Shown in pieces: positions 36,883 through 49,590 of a stretch of 64,000 nucleotides of DNA. This DNA is from Schmidtea polychroa (taxonomy: Eukaryota). A program made the translations under genes and the position numbers. Each line of letters opens with the position of its first letter. Position 1 is the stretch's first letter. The stretch is taken from contig CM097886.1 of assembly GCA_044892525.1 (NCBI GenBank), positions 130,944,001 through 131,008,000 on the forward strand, written 5' to 3'. The notes under the pieces are model-generated. The model saw only the letters and a program-made list of their open reading frames with translations. It ran no database searches and was not told where the DNA came from.

Positions 36883-39800
36883 CTATTTCTTTTTGAAAAG
36901 TTTCCCGGATTGCGGCATCAGCGGTTTAGAACCGAACATTGGGCCCGGAACCGGAACCGTTGAAACGATAGATTTTGGTGAATTTCTCGGAGTCTGACTG
37001 AATATCCTCGGCGATGGTGTTCTGGAATAATTCTCACCGTGGGAAAAGTCTTGATTGGGCTTCAATTTCGGCTTGGTGTTATCAAGAGATGAAATATTGC
37101 CGCCAGTTTGCTGCGATAAGTGTTGTTGATATGGCAACACGGATCGATGATCGAATCCAGATAAAGATTTATCCACTGTCTCCTCGAATGGTGGCGATGA
37201 TGATTTCCAGATTGTCTCAGAAATTAACAGAGTGTTCTCAGATAACAGCTGTTGGGATTCATTGGCATTGTGAGATGAGGCGAATCGATTGCTCTCAGAA
37301 TCATCCAAGGCAAGATAATTACTATCAGTATTTGAAAAACCATAAAAATGGCTGTCAGGCTCAGGATTTATATCAAACACATTACTCGGCTCAGTGGTGT
37401 GACTTGTAATGATTTCTGAAGGCTGATTGGCTGACATCACTGATTGGTTATCATTGAAATAATCGGTGAGAAATTTCTGTTGATTGTCATTCAAAGAAAC
37501 AGTTTCCGGAAGCGTCGATGAAAATGGCTGGAAATAAGTCGACAAGTCATTCGGCTGAAAGTTTAAATGAGTAGAAAGACTAGAATTTGAAGATATTATC
37601 GATTGGAATTGCTCTATTAAAGGTGGAGAAGAAAGATAGTTAGTAAAGCTTAGCGGTTGAATTCCGACAGAAACAGACTGAATAGGTGGATTCGTTTCGA
37701 TATTTAACTGATTTGGAATGTGAAACGAATCTTGAGTGGATATTTGATATTCGATATCACTACTGCTTGATTCACTGGGATAGAATGTTGTTTTCGATAA
37801 TGTCGATAATGTTGGCAGTGAACTCTGCAAATTAATCGGCAGTAATTGTTTTTGTATTAGATTATTTGATGAGTTCAGCAAATAGTGATTGGTAGAGGAG
37901 ACATAACATTGTGAAGTTGTCGACGATGTGAATGCAATTGTCGCGTTATTTGGCATCATTACTGGTGGAGGAGGATACAAAGGCGGGTTATTATCAAATG
38001 CCATGGGCTCTTGTTTATCTGTTACGGTTAAAGGTTGAAAGTTGTCTTTATATTGATAAAATGGCGGCTTATTATGGATATCCGATAAAGATGAATTTTC
38101 AGTGCAATTATTGGATTCAAACTGCGACCCAGAGAAACTATTTTCATTTTGATAGGTTGGATCTAAGCAGTCAGAATTAAACTTATTTTCTTGAGTTGTA
38201 TCCGATAACTCATAGGCTGTTGAAAGAAGATCACTTGTAGACTGAGATTTTTTTTCACTTACACTGAATGATGACAAAGGTTCCAAATTTTGGCATTCCC
38301 TTAGAGCTGAAAATTAAAAAAAACCTTCAAAGATCTAATTGGAAAAACTATCACGAGAAATAATTTAATAGTTTTCTGTGACCATAGGACTTATGTAATT
38401 TATCGAAATGCTATAATATATTCAAGAGGCGGGAAATTACGCTATATGCTAATTCTAGATTTCACAATCAATGACAATGAGAGATTTCGGTAAGGACAAA
38501 TAAATTCGAAGCAAGCCATGCAAAATTTTAATAAAATTGTAAAGTGGAGGATAAAATATTCGCACGCTTAGAACTGCGACAATATTCAACAAATAAGTTG
38601 TAAGAAAATTTAGAAATAGATAAGGGTTTTCCATCATTATCAGAAAAATTAAAGATATGGTCTTTATTAGAAATTGAAGTTTGTTAAATTCTGTAACGGA
38701 ATTGCAAATGATTAAGTTATCAAGATTGCAACCAAGAAACAAACTATTATCGATGATTTCATTAAGAAATTTGATTTTACAATAGGAATTATACGGGAAA
38801 AGATTATTATTACTCCAGATGCTCAATACAAACAGGTCTGTCTCATTGTCTCAATAAAATCTTTGTATTATTTCCTTAATCCTGAATCTATTTCTAACTT
38901 TTCAATATCTAATATATAGATTATTTAATCATTGCTATTATTATACACTGACCATTAAATGATTAGATACTCAATATAATATTTATCAATCCGTAATGAT
39001 CAAATTTATATGATTTTGGACATTTATAATTTTATTGATGATAATATTTTTTATTGATTCATATATATTTGACAAATTTGTTTTAAGATATTCAAACATT
39101 TTATTAAACAGGGATAATTCTATTTTATCTGACGATAAGAAGATAAAGTTAATAATCTCCATTTAGAAATCCTCATGATTATCCTTCTGTGGATAACTTG
39201 GTGCGCATTTCATTTTCAGGCTCCACAATGAATGGTAAATTTCGACAATCATTGAAAATCCCAATGATAATTTGAAAAAATTGCCAATTTTACATAAGCA
39301 TTTCCAGTGCATAAAGTTGAATTTTAAAAACATGATGGACCATTTTTTATTTCTCTACAGATTTCACATTACGAATTGCAGATTTTAATTATTCGTCCCA
39401 AATCCGTATTAAATCTTAAAATATAACTTTAAAATTTCCAGATCGATCTACAATTAGATCAACTTTGACACGTTTCGTCCAATGATTCTTCATTTTTAAG
39501 AGATTTTTCTTAAATTCATTCCAAAATAAAAAAAACTTAGAAATCATCACATATTACATATTTCTATACAGATTAATCACAACATCTTGATAATATGTAT
39601 TTCAAAATTTTTGATAATGGAAAATTTATTGATTTTATATTTTATTTGTATAAATTTTTTAATACCTAAACAATTGAAATAAATTATTTTTAAGTTAAAT
39701 ATAATAGATTTCATGTCATCATTTACACTGGTTGATTGATTTCCCTTTTTCCTCTTTACTGTACCTCATAATCTTCTCTTTTAATCCCCCCAATGGGGGT

Positions 39801-42800
39801 TATTTTTTTGTAAAGGATTTTTCAAAAAATATTTGGGTGGGAATTATTTGATGTATTATTCATCTATTAAATGAATTTAAGCAAATTTTTATTCATCTAT
39901 TTCAAAAAAATTGGACTCCGAAACATCATATATGTGGGAATTTTTGAATCATTCTACGGCTTGAATTTTCAATTAATCTCATAAATTTTTATCCGAATTC
40001 TTCAACTTGAGCTATCATTAAATTTGCATATTTAGTTGAGAAAGCACTAATCAAAACTCTTTCTTTTTATATTTCTTATAAATCATAAAAGGATATTTAA
40101 ATGTTTATAATATTAAAACAAAAGCAAAAAGTGATATAGTTCTGCATTTTAAAACTATATGAACTTTTTAATATTTATTCAAATAACGATAATTCCCGAT
40201 GGGGAAGTATTTTTTCAGATTTTTTTGAGAAACTTTTGATTTGGCGGAGAATCATTTAGCGAAGGGGGATTAATTGGAGTTTTAGAGTATATATGGTAAG
40301 TTTTTATATATAATTTTCTGAAATATAAATAAATCCACACACACACATATATATAAAAAATCTTGAATCTATTTTTTAACTGTAATTTATAATAACATAT
40401 ATAAATACAGTCTTAATAAATTTCGGGAAAATTGATTTTAATTGATTATATACTAATTTACATTTAAATGGAGATTTTTGTTAAAAATGTGAGTAATTTA
40501 ATAATAAAATAAGTTTAGTCATATTTTTGTTTAATGATTTACATATAAATCTATAAATAGAATGATATAGACTGTCTTTAAACGGTTTCTTAAACTCTGG
40601 CGTTGTAATAGACTTTGTTTAAATGAAGACAAAAGTACTTCCTGTGGAAGTCATGTCAATTTGGCTGGGTGCTAGTTTTTTACCACTTCATTTAAAGATA
40701 AAATGTAAAAAGATTTTGACGCGAGGTTGGAAAATCATATTGAGCTCGTATTCTCCTTTTTGTGTATGATTTTTTTAGGCTTTTTATTGGCAACGAAATT
40801 TTTTGATATTTAATTTGTATAATTTTTATCCATGTAAACATTTTCCGAATATTTTTAAATCGGTGAGCTGTTAAAGCTTATTCCAAACAATATGAATTTA
40901 TTGATCAACACAATTACAGTTTAATCTCTACCCCATTGATTACAACCTCACAGAATAATTAGACAATTTAAAAGTTATCAGTGTTCATTACAGCACAAGA
41001 AATAGCATTATTCAATTTACGATCACTTGACCTCAGATTGCAGTTTTAATATCTGGACACAATTAGTATTATTTCTATCTTCACTTAAAGCTTAATTATT
41101 TCGCTTTCATCAATTGAAACTATATAATCTCAATGTAATCGGTAATTTCATTGATTTAGCACCATCAATTCTCACTTATTGATTCCATACAGTTGCAACA
41201 TCGTGTCCCCATTTTCCACTATTTCCACTAAAATTGGTGTCTATCACTTTCTTGGAAATTTACTTTTTTGTAATAATTTCAACTCAAGATACAAATCCCC
41301 TATTCTGCATTCAAAATATTTTATTGTACTATATTTTACAAACGATAAACTCAAGTTTGTTTTCGTCATTCTATTCGCAAATTTTTCTAACGATTCTCAT
41401 TGCTTTGGTTTTCATTGATATACAATCGTATTTTGCCTCTTTTTTCCTATCATTTTTATTCATATGCTTATTTTAATTGTAAAATTAATAATTAAAATAT
41501 TGATCTATAATTTGAAATGAAAATAATGGAAATTGATAAGCAATATATTATTTTGTCAATATAAATTGAAAAATATAAAAGCGTCATGATTTTTTTAATA
41601 ATTAAAAATTAACAAATAGTGAAATAATTAATTGGATTGAAATGTTTACCAATTTTCTATGAAGTTGTTTAAAAACACAAGGAATAAATAGGTTTAGAAA
41701 AATTAATAATAGATATAGATTACCAGTAAAAATCAAATATAAAGCTTACTGAGGTCACTTTGTTCATTGGCTGATTGGTCCAAGTTAAAATTAGGAATAA
41801 AATATTGTTTATTTTGGATGGTTGGAAAAGTTGGTGGCAAAGAAGAATTAGAAACAGTCTGATGCGATGAAACTAGAGGAATAATAGGAGGAAGTTGAGT
41901 TGTATTAGACACAGAGCGAGAATGGGGGTGTTTCATGATATTAATAGATGAATCGCTGGGTTTTGTTTCCGGATATATATTTAATGTCACATATATTTCC
42001 TTTAACATCATTAATACAGTGTCCTCGGAATCCCAATAACATGCATGACTTCCAAGAGCAAATAAATAATCATTAAAACTTTCCAATGGAGCTTCCTAGA
42101 ATTTCAAAAAAAATTCTTAAACAAAGTTGAAATAGATAAATAAACATAATAACTGTTTTTATGTTATGCTACAATAACTTTAAAAACCTTAGGATTTAAT
42201 TAATTTTTTCTATATTGTAATTTTAAATAATACACAGATTTAAGTTTATTGGATTAATTTTGTATAATTAAGCTAATAGCATAAAAAGATTATAGGGTTT
42301 TCCTAAATCTTTCATAGACTTTGTCCAAAAAATTAATAACTTTGTCAAAATGTTTAATAATTTTAATAAAATGTGTAATGATTTTATTATCATTAAATGA
42401 TAAAAAATTTATTAAACATTTTTTACAAATAAGTGCAAAATTTTAATTGCCTACATTTTCCGCAAACATAAATTTTTACAATTTTTCACAAATATTATTT
42501 GTTTTGTTATTACGGCAAAGTCGTACTTTTCATTTTATTACTGTAGTTTCTTTATATAGGACCCAAACTTTTATGGCAGCCAAATCTAAAACATTACAGT
42601 AAAAGCTGGCTCTCGTAGATGGCTCCTAAAATATTTTTTATATTTTCTGGTCATTTGATGACTCATAACTCCAAATTTTGTGCTATTATAAAATTTAATA
42701 GATTCCGGTAACATTTTTAATCACTTTTATCAATTTTCACAAATATGCTTAGAACTTAGAAGTTCCTCTTTCCCAGAATAAGGAAAACCATTCAAAATAT

Positions 42801-45800
42801 ATTTGCGGTTAACATCTAATGCAAGCCAGAATTCAATGCCAAATTTATTTGGTTTATTAGGTATATATTGCATAAACCTACACCTAGCTTTTATAAGAAA
42901 CATTTGCACATCAACTAATATACTTTGCCCTGGTTTATAGTCATCTTCATTGTTTTTAATGAACGTATTCCATATTTCTGAAATCAAGGAAAATTTATCT
43001 GTTTGTAAGCGCTTACTTCTTTTGTTTATTTTTTCAAAACGAATAAATCATAGAATTTGCATAAATATTTTCTCTGGTCATTGTTTTTCCAAAGAATTCA
43101 GGGTCCCATTTTCTTACAATAAATGCGACAATTTAAAATTTTTGACATACTAAGTTCCAATAAATATAAGTATTTCCAGTAATGATATTGTGCAATCATT
43201 CTTCAAAATTCTACAACCTCCTGCTTCCGTGCAATTCTTTTATGCCTTATAATATGGTTATATATTATCAACGAAAATGCATTAATATTCCTTTTTGCGT
43301 ATCCTGTTGGCCCTTGCACACCGCACTCTTCAAATTTTGATCACACAGTTTTGATATCCTGAAAGGTGATTTGAGCTTCTTCACCAGAGTCTGAAATAAT
43401 TTGCATTTTTACCTCTTTTCTGGGCATATTGATGATATTATCATTTTCATCCGTTTTCGATTCTTCATCGCTAACTTCCATTTCAGATGCTTCATTTTGA
43501 ATATGATCTGCTTCATCCTCAGATGATAATTCACAACTTAATGTATTTGATCCTATATGTTACTTATGTTGGTAAACTTTTTCAATAAATAATTTATATT
43601 CGACATTCCTTTTATGAGTGTAGGAATGAAGTATAAGACGTAGTTTAGAACTCTGAAATGCAACATATTGCAGAATTTATTTTTTATATCTATTATTAAA
43701 TTTATTTTTCCTCTTAAATTTTTTTTATCAATTCAATGTATTTTTGCATTAATCTATCGTATAATAATTACAACTATAAATTATACATTTTATTTTATCA
43801 GATAAACATTTTTGGCTTTCATTGACTAAATATTTCCATTTTCCTTTCAGTAATCACCTATAGGATGATAAGGTATTTATAACTTCTCATTTTATCAAAT
43901 AGATCTTACAAAATTAGGATTATTTTTATACAAATTCTCCAGCGCATTGTGCATTATCCAGAAAGAACTATTTATTGGCTTATAACTATTGTCTAACATT
44001 TTTTGGGTCTTTATCCTTCTCATTGTTATTTGTTAAATTTTATTTAAAAAACTTCAATTCGGTTTTAATACTACAAACATCACTGCGCCTAAAAATTATT
44101 TCCATAAAATGTGGAATAACGATTCCAAAGACCTTGTTTAATGCAAAATAACCGAAAATTTCTTAACGAGTTATATCGACATAACATTAAAAGAGGTGTG
44201 GTAATAATTGAATTTTAAATCTATATTTTGGATCGAAAGAATCATATTATCAATTTTAGTAGTACAAGATATAGGTCAAATTAAGGCCATTCTGGGGTTG
44301 ATTTAAGTTCAAAATAAGTTAAAGTCATGTAACAAATGATTGTAAACCTATATTTTTACTCATGGACAAATTTTCTCGTGAATAAATTTCCATAAACTTC
44401 TCAACTCAATATGTTTGGAACTTAAAATGGTATTTTTTGCTGTAGAAATTGCATTAAAAAGAAAAAGAAATGTTGATTGAGCAATCCCTACAAAGGTTTA
44501 ATAGATTATTCGATACTAGATACTACAATGTAAAGGAATTGGTGATAAAGATGAAGGAACATTAATGATTAGGATCATATAATCACAGACTGGAACTTTT
44601 AATGGAAATATGTAAGCTGGAGCTAATATTTTAATGATTAGTTAATTTTATGTTGGTTTCTGTTTTATTTGATAAAAGATAAAGTACAAGTTGTATCGAA
44701 TGAAGAAACCCAAAGTTGATATCAGAGTGTTTTATACTAAATTCTCATCACTAAACCTAGCGTTATTTAGTAGGGTTGAATGTGATTTCCCAACTGTCAT
44801 ATTGCATACTCGCCCTGTGAATATATTTTTTATTTTTTTGTTTAAATGAAGTGAACTTCATTCTTAGAAAAATGACTATTAATGTGACAATTAAAAATTT
44901 TGTTTTTATTACAGGAGTGGTTATAGAAATCGATAGTTGAGAAATCCGGTTACACCGGAGACTATTTTGTCATATTTTGATCCTAATAAACCGACAAGAT
45001 ATGTAGCAGTAAATAGAATAAATTTAAACCCCTGCTTAAACTTAAAAAAATCAATAAATTTTTCAACCCATTTTTTATATTTTTGTTCAAAATCGAATTT
45101 TTGATGAAGAAATGACATTTTCACCTCCAAATCGATATAAGCGTGAAATAAAGCCATTTTGTTGTTTAATTCAATTTTCTGCAGTGCATTTTTTTGTCTT
45201 GGAATAGTTTCAGTTACAGAATTCAGTCTGAGTTGCGACAATGTACAATAATCGAATAAGTCGTCGATTGCACGTTTTAACAACTTCGTTTCTTGCCAGA
45301 ATTAATTATTAACAAATGCTAAATTGAATTTATTTCTACTAAAATATATGGGGAAAATGTTGAAAATCATGCATTTCGATTTCAAACAATGAAATCGATA
45401 AAATAATGAAAACGCATTTGAAGCAATACTAGATGTGAAATGAACTGGAATCTCTTATAAATCAATTCAGTTGAGATGTCAATGCACATTGATCTATAAA
45501 TAAATTGTGCCGAATATCTGAAACTATATTATAAATGTGTGTATGTGTGTGTTTGACAACTCGAGTTTGAAAACAAAACTAATGTAAAGACAAGCTGATA
45601 TGAAGTATGTTGATAATTTCTTGAAGATTTGAGACAATAAATAATATGTTACACTCTGTAGCTCTCAAATCAATATATTTGAGAAGATCAATCATCATTG
45701 AAATTATCATCCGCAATAGCAACAAAATTTATTGACCAATTAGAATTAAATGCGTACAATCCAATAGATATTGATATAATCAATCATCAAATGATAATTC

Positions 45801-48191
45801 TCATTTTTGCATTAAATAATATTTCCAGCTCTCAATCGACAATATTATTCATTGATTTTTTATAGACTATCGACCAATATTTTGATTTATATTTATTGAT
45901 TAAGAAAATAATATTGAAATAAAAATAATTAAATTAAAAAAATTAATAATATTACAAAAATTATAAATAAAATAAAAATAATAACAATTAAATTAAAAAT
46001 TTAAAAAAAATGAATGAAATTAAAAAAATAATAATTAATTAAAAATAATCAAATAAAAAAATAATTAAATTAATTAAAAATAATCAAATAAAAATTATAA
46101 AAAATGAATAAAATTAAAAAAAATATAAAAATAATAATAATTAAATAAATTAAAAATTATAAAAATAAGAATAAAAAATAAAATAATAATTAAATTAAAA
46201 ATTATAAAATAATAAAAAGCAATTATTGAATTCAAAATTACCTGCAGCACATAATCGATCCTTTTGCCACCATTGAGCTGGCCCATTACTATTTCCATTT
46301 CATTGGCAGCTGACTCAACATCGTCCCGATCGTCGATGCTGCCATCGATCTTATTGAGCACCCGAATCATTTCATGGTCTCCTAGCTCGTCACCGATGTT
46401 TCCAGCATGCGAGGTTGCAAATTCCTGCAACGAGGTCCACGTGTTCCTCAATGTTTGCACGAGTCGTGATTTGATATCCTGGCTGACCCGGACGAGATTA
46501 TCCTTCAGTTCCAGATGGAGCCGTTTGCGTCCCTTGTGATGAGGGATCACTACCGGCCGGATCACCGTTGGGCACTCCGATACCAGCATTGGCTCCATTC
46601 GATAGGCGACCGGATCGAACGGATGGAAAATATTGAAGAATCCCCGACATCGTGATAGCTGAAAATCTTCACCGAGTACTGAGAGGCCTCGAGCGGTCAA
46701 CAAGAGGGAAATCGGAGAACCGAGCGCAAACAAATGCCCGACTTCGAACTCCAGTCGAGGAATCGCGGCAATATCGGTGATGGGAACGCGATGAACCGAG
46801 TCGCTTTCTGGATCCTGGAGCGAGATGAGATCGAACGCAATCATAGCTCCTAAACTGTGCCCGACAATCGATATCACACCGTCATATTGTGGGTTTCTCG
46901 ATACAAACAAATGACGTAATCGATTCATTTCGGCCGAGACAATCGTAAGAATTGTCTGGCAATATGTTGGGCTGGAATAGCAGAGCACATCGATCAGGGT
47001 GTTGTTGGTGAAATTTCTCAGTTTCGGTACACTTTTAAGGCTGATTTTTGATAGGTCCCGGTCGACCGAGCTCGTTTCTGAGTGGAGCTTGCTGTGCCAT
47101 GACACTGGTAGCAGCTCGACCCGGCCGTTGTGCCGCGGGAAATGAGATTCCAGCATTTTCCCACTGACATTCTTCATTATTTGGACACACTCGACAATTC
47201 CTCGACCAGCCATGTCACACACCGAGCCGATTCCGTGGATTACGAATATCACGTGGTCGATATTGTCACTTTCACCGGGTTCCAAGTGATTTTTGAACCC
47301 TTCAACTCCTCTGTACACAACTCTTCCCTTCATGACGTTATCCGCACCAGAAATATATCCATAGCGCCGGTATTCCACCATCGTATTCGGAGAATGAAAC
47401 ACGAATCGATCTTCTAAACATCTTTCATTAGGATTTACATTCAACTCAAACGGTTGATTCCATTTATTGTTTTCCAAAACATACTTGAATTGGGTTTCCA
47501 ATTTCTCGCATTCTATTTCCGAATACGGTATATAAAACGATTCATCTTCTGGTCGATAAAACCAGGAAGCTCTTCGAATTTCCATTGGAGCTTCATTCCA
47601 ATAAACGGATACTTTTTGCCGTTTATTAATAAAAACATCATACCGGCCACCGTCAGTTGGTACGCAATCATCAATTGAAATGAATTTGTTTTCATTATTC
47701 TCAATGATTTCAAAATATTTCATTTCAATTCTCTGTGAATCTTTTATTGAAAATGGTTTCCATTCGGCTAATCCATTGATAATAACACAATAAAACCAAT
47801 AATAAGAAATGTCCTCGTAAATTGAATTAGCCATTAAATTATTTCTATTGAGGGATGGTGAATTATTCGGGAAATTTGTAAATGTTTGCTCAAGCGCATC
47901 CGATTCATCGATATTTGTGTACTGTTCAATAAACATTACATTCGAACTAACTTCTTTTTGAATTTCAGGCGAGCTATCAACAAAATTTATCTTAGAATGA
48001 TATTCAGAACCGACAGTTGACTTAAAATTTAACAAAGGATCTAATGTTTTGTCAATAACATGTTTTAGTTCTTCATTTACCGGACTGTTTAAATGTATCG
48101 GAACTAAATCTAAACTATTACTGTCAAAATTGACATCACTAATGGAAAAAGTAAGGCCAGTTTTGTTGAAATTTCGATTGGAATTACTCAT
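36883..48191 (-). CDS. SEC23IP: SEC23IP/DDHD2-like intracellular phospholipase A1 (WWE, lipase GHSLG, DDHD) with a long low-complexity C-terminal extension
   Basis: Exons 48191-46242, 42095-41750 and 38306-36883 join in phase (3720 nt). Motifs: [77 protein letters not shown]|[26 protein letters not shown]. Confidence 0.88.
42560..43560 (-). mobile_element. piggyBac (PGBD4-like) transposase remnant in the SEC23IP intron
   Basis: [13 protein letters not shown]...[20 protein letters not shown]...[11 protein letters not shown], plus an acidic N-terminal segment at ~43.4-43.55 kb. Many stops. Confidence 0.8.
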
Positions 48192-48868
48192 ATTATTTTT
48201 ATAATTACTAGTCAATACGAAATATAGATTACTTCCTTATAAATAAAATAAATTTTAAATACACATCATCATAACAGCGAGTTTAAAATTGTGAAAATTA
48301 TTTTAAAATTATAACAAAAGTATGAAGTAAGATTAACTTTATTAAATTTAAAGTTTTTCAGGAAAGTACTTTAAATTTAAATTTAAATTCAAAAATTTTT
48401 CAAAATTTAATTTTAAAAATAAGTAAATTATACATAATAAATATACACATCAAGTTTTGTGATTTTTATAAAGCAACTTGATATTTTAATAATTTTAAAT
48501 TTGATAAATACCTAACATTGTTAAAGTAAACTTAATACATTTTTTAAACTACATTTTTTAATATTATTTTATCTTTTTACTTTTAATAACATAACATGAA
48601 GGATTATTGTTCCATGTTTTTCCATAATTTTGATATCAAAATGTTCATATAAATACAAAATCGGAATATGTTAAACTAATCTTTAAAATTTCACAAAGAC
48701 AAACTTCACAATGAGTTTGTAATGATATATGTTGAATTCGTTTTGTCCATCCGAATCTGTCAGGAATGACTCCCGGTGGGTTACGTGTGTAAAAATCTTT
48801 CACATCTGGATTTGTCTTATCCGATAACTACTTTCTCTGTATTCGCATTTCCTTCGCAACCACCCAAG

Positions 48869-48983
48869 CGACGTTAGTACTGTGCTTTAGTGAGTGGCTG
48901 TCAGCAAAAGATGAGTCATACAATAAGGACTGTTAATAAACTGACGGCCTCTGGATTCATGGTCTTACCGTAGAAGGTCTAGC
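48869..48983 (-). repeat. Diverged copy (C) of the ~115-nt conserved block
   Basis: Reverse complement GCTAGACCTTCTACGG...CAGTCCT...CTCATC...CAGTACTAACGTCG matches the order and spacing of 53489-53601. Confidence 0.6.
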
Positions 48984-49355
48984 GCCATACTTCCTCTTGT
49001 TCTTTCATCTTTTTATAATTCATCCTAACTCTTAGTCGTCGATATTTAATCTCAAAACTCGGTGTTTGGAATCATTGCTTAAAATAAATTTTGGACAGTT
49101 CGAAAATACGAAATTATGCGAAATAGATAGAATAATAATAAAGTTTCAACATTTCTTTTGGCCAGCTTCCGATTCATCTTCATGCCCTGATTCTCTTTCT
49201 TTCAACTTTTCCGGATCTGGGCTTACAAAATTTCTTGGTGACCGGGGTAAGTTTTGAGATTCTTGAAATTAGAGCTGGGAACAGCTTAGTCTCGGAATAT
49301 GATGGCACTCGCTCGACTCCGGCATCTGTATTGATTCTCGCGCGGAGTTCGATAA

Positions 49356-49590
49356 TTATTGATTCGATAATTGTGATTGCTCTCGAATTGTGATTTTGAG
49401 ATTTCGAATGATACATTGGTCCTCAACCCGGGATTTTTCTATTGTTTCAATTCGCTCATTCAGTTTATTTACATGTTCAGACCTGAACCAGATGACCTCG
49501 ATTTCCCTCCATTTTTGGACAAGCGCTTCGGCACTACTTTCAGCTTGTCGGGATGCTTTTGTTGGGCTAAAACGTGGAGTTTCGAAAAAC
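49356..49590 (-). pseudogene. Paralog fragment of the 52441-53205 ORF (frame not in the ORF track)
   Basis: WFRSEHVNKLNERIETIEKSRVEDQCIIRNLKITIREQSQ aligns without gaps to WFSPPQMKEEKSKILRLEHCRDSLLEESRCQRLTIKAQSE (10/40 identical plus conservative pairs). Confidence 0.55.

Noticed and set aside
46095-46241. Hydrophobic C-terminus of the 706-aa ORF as a TM tail
   Set aside because: It is read-through into an AT-rich intron; the true exon ends at the GT donor after RIDYVLQ (46242).
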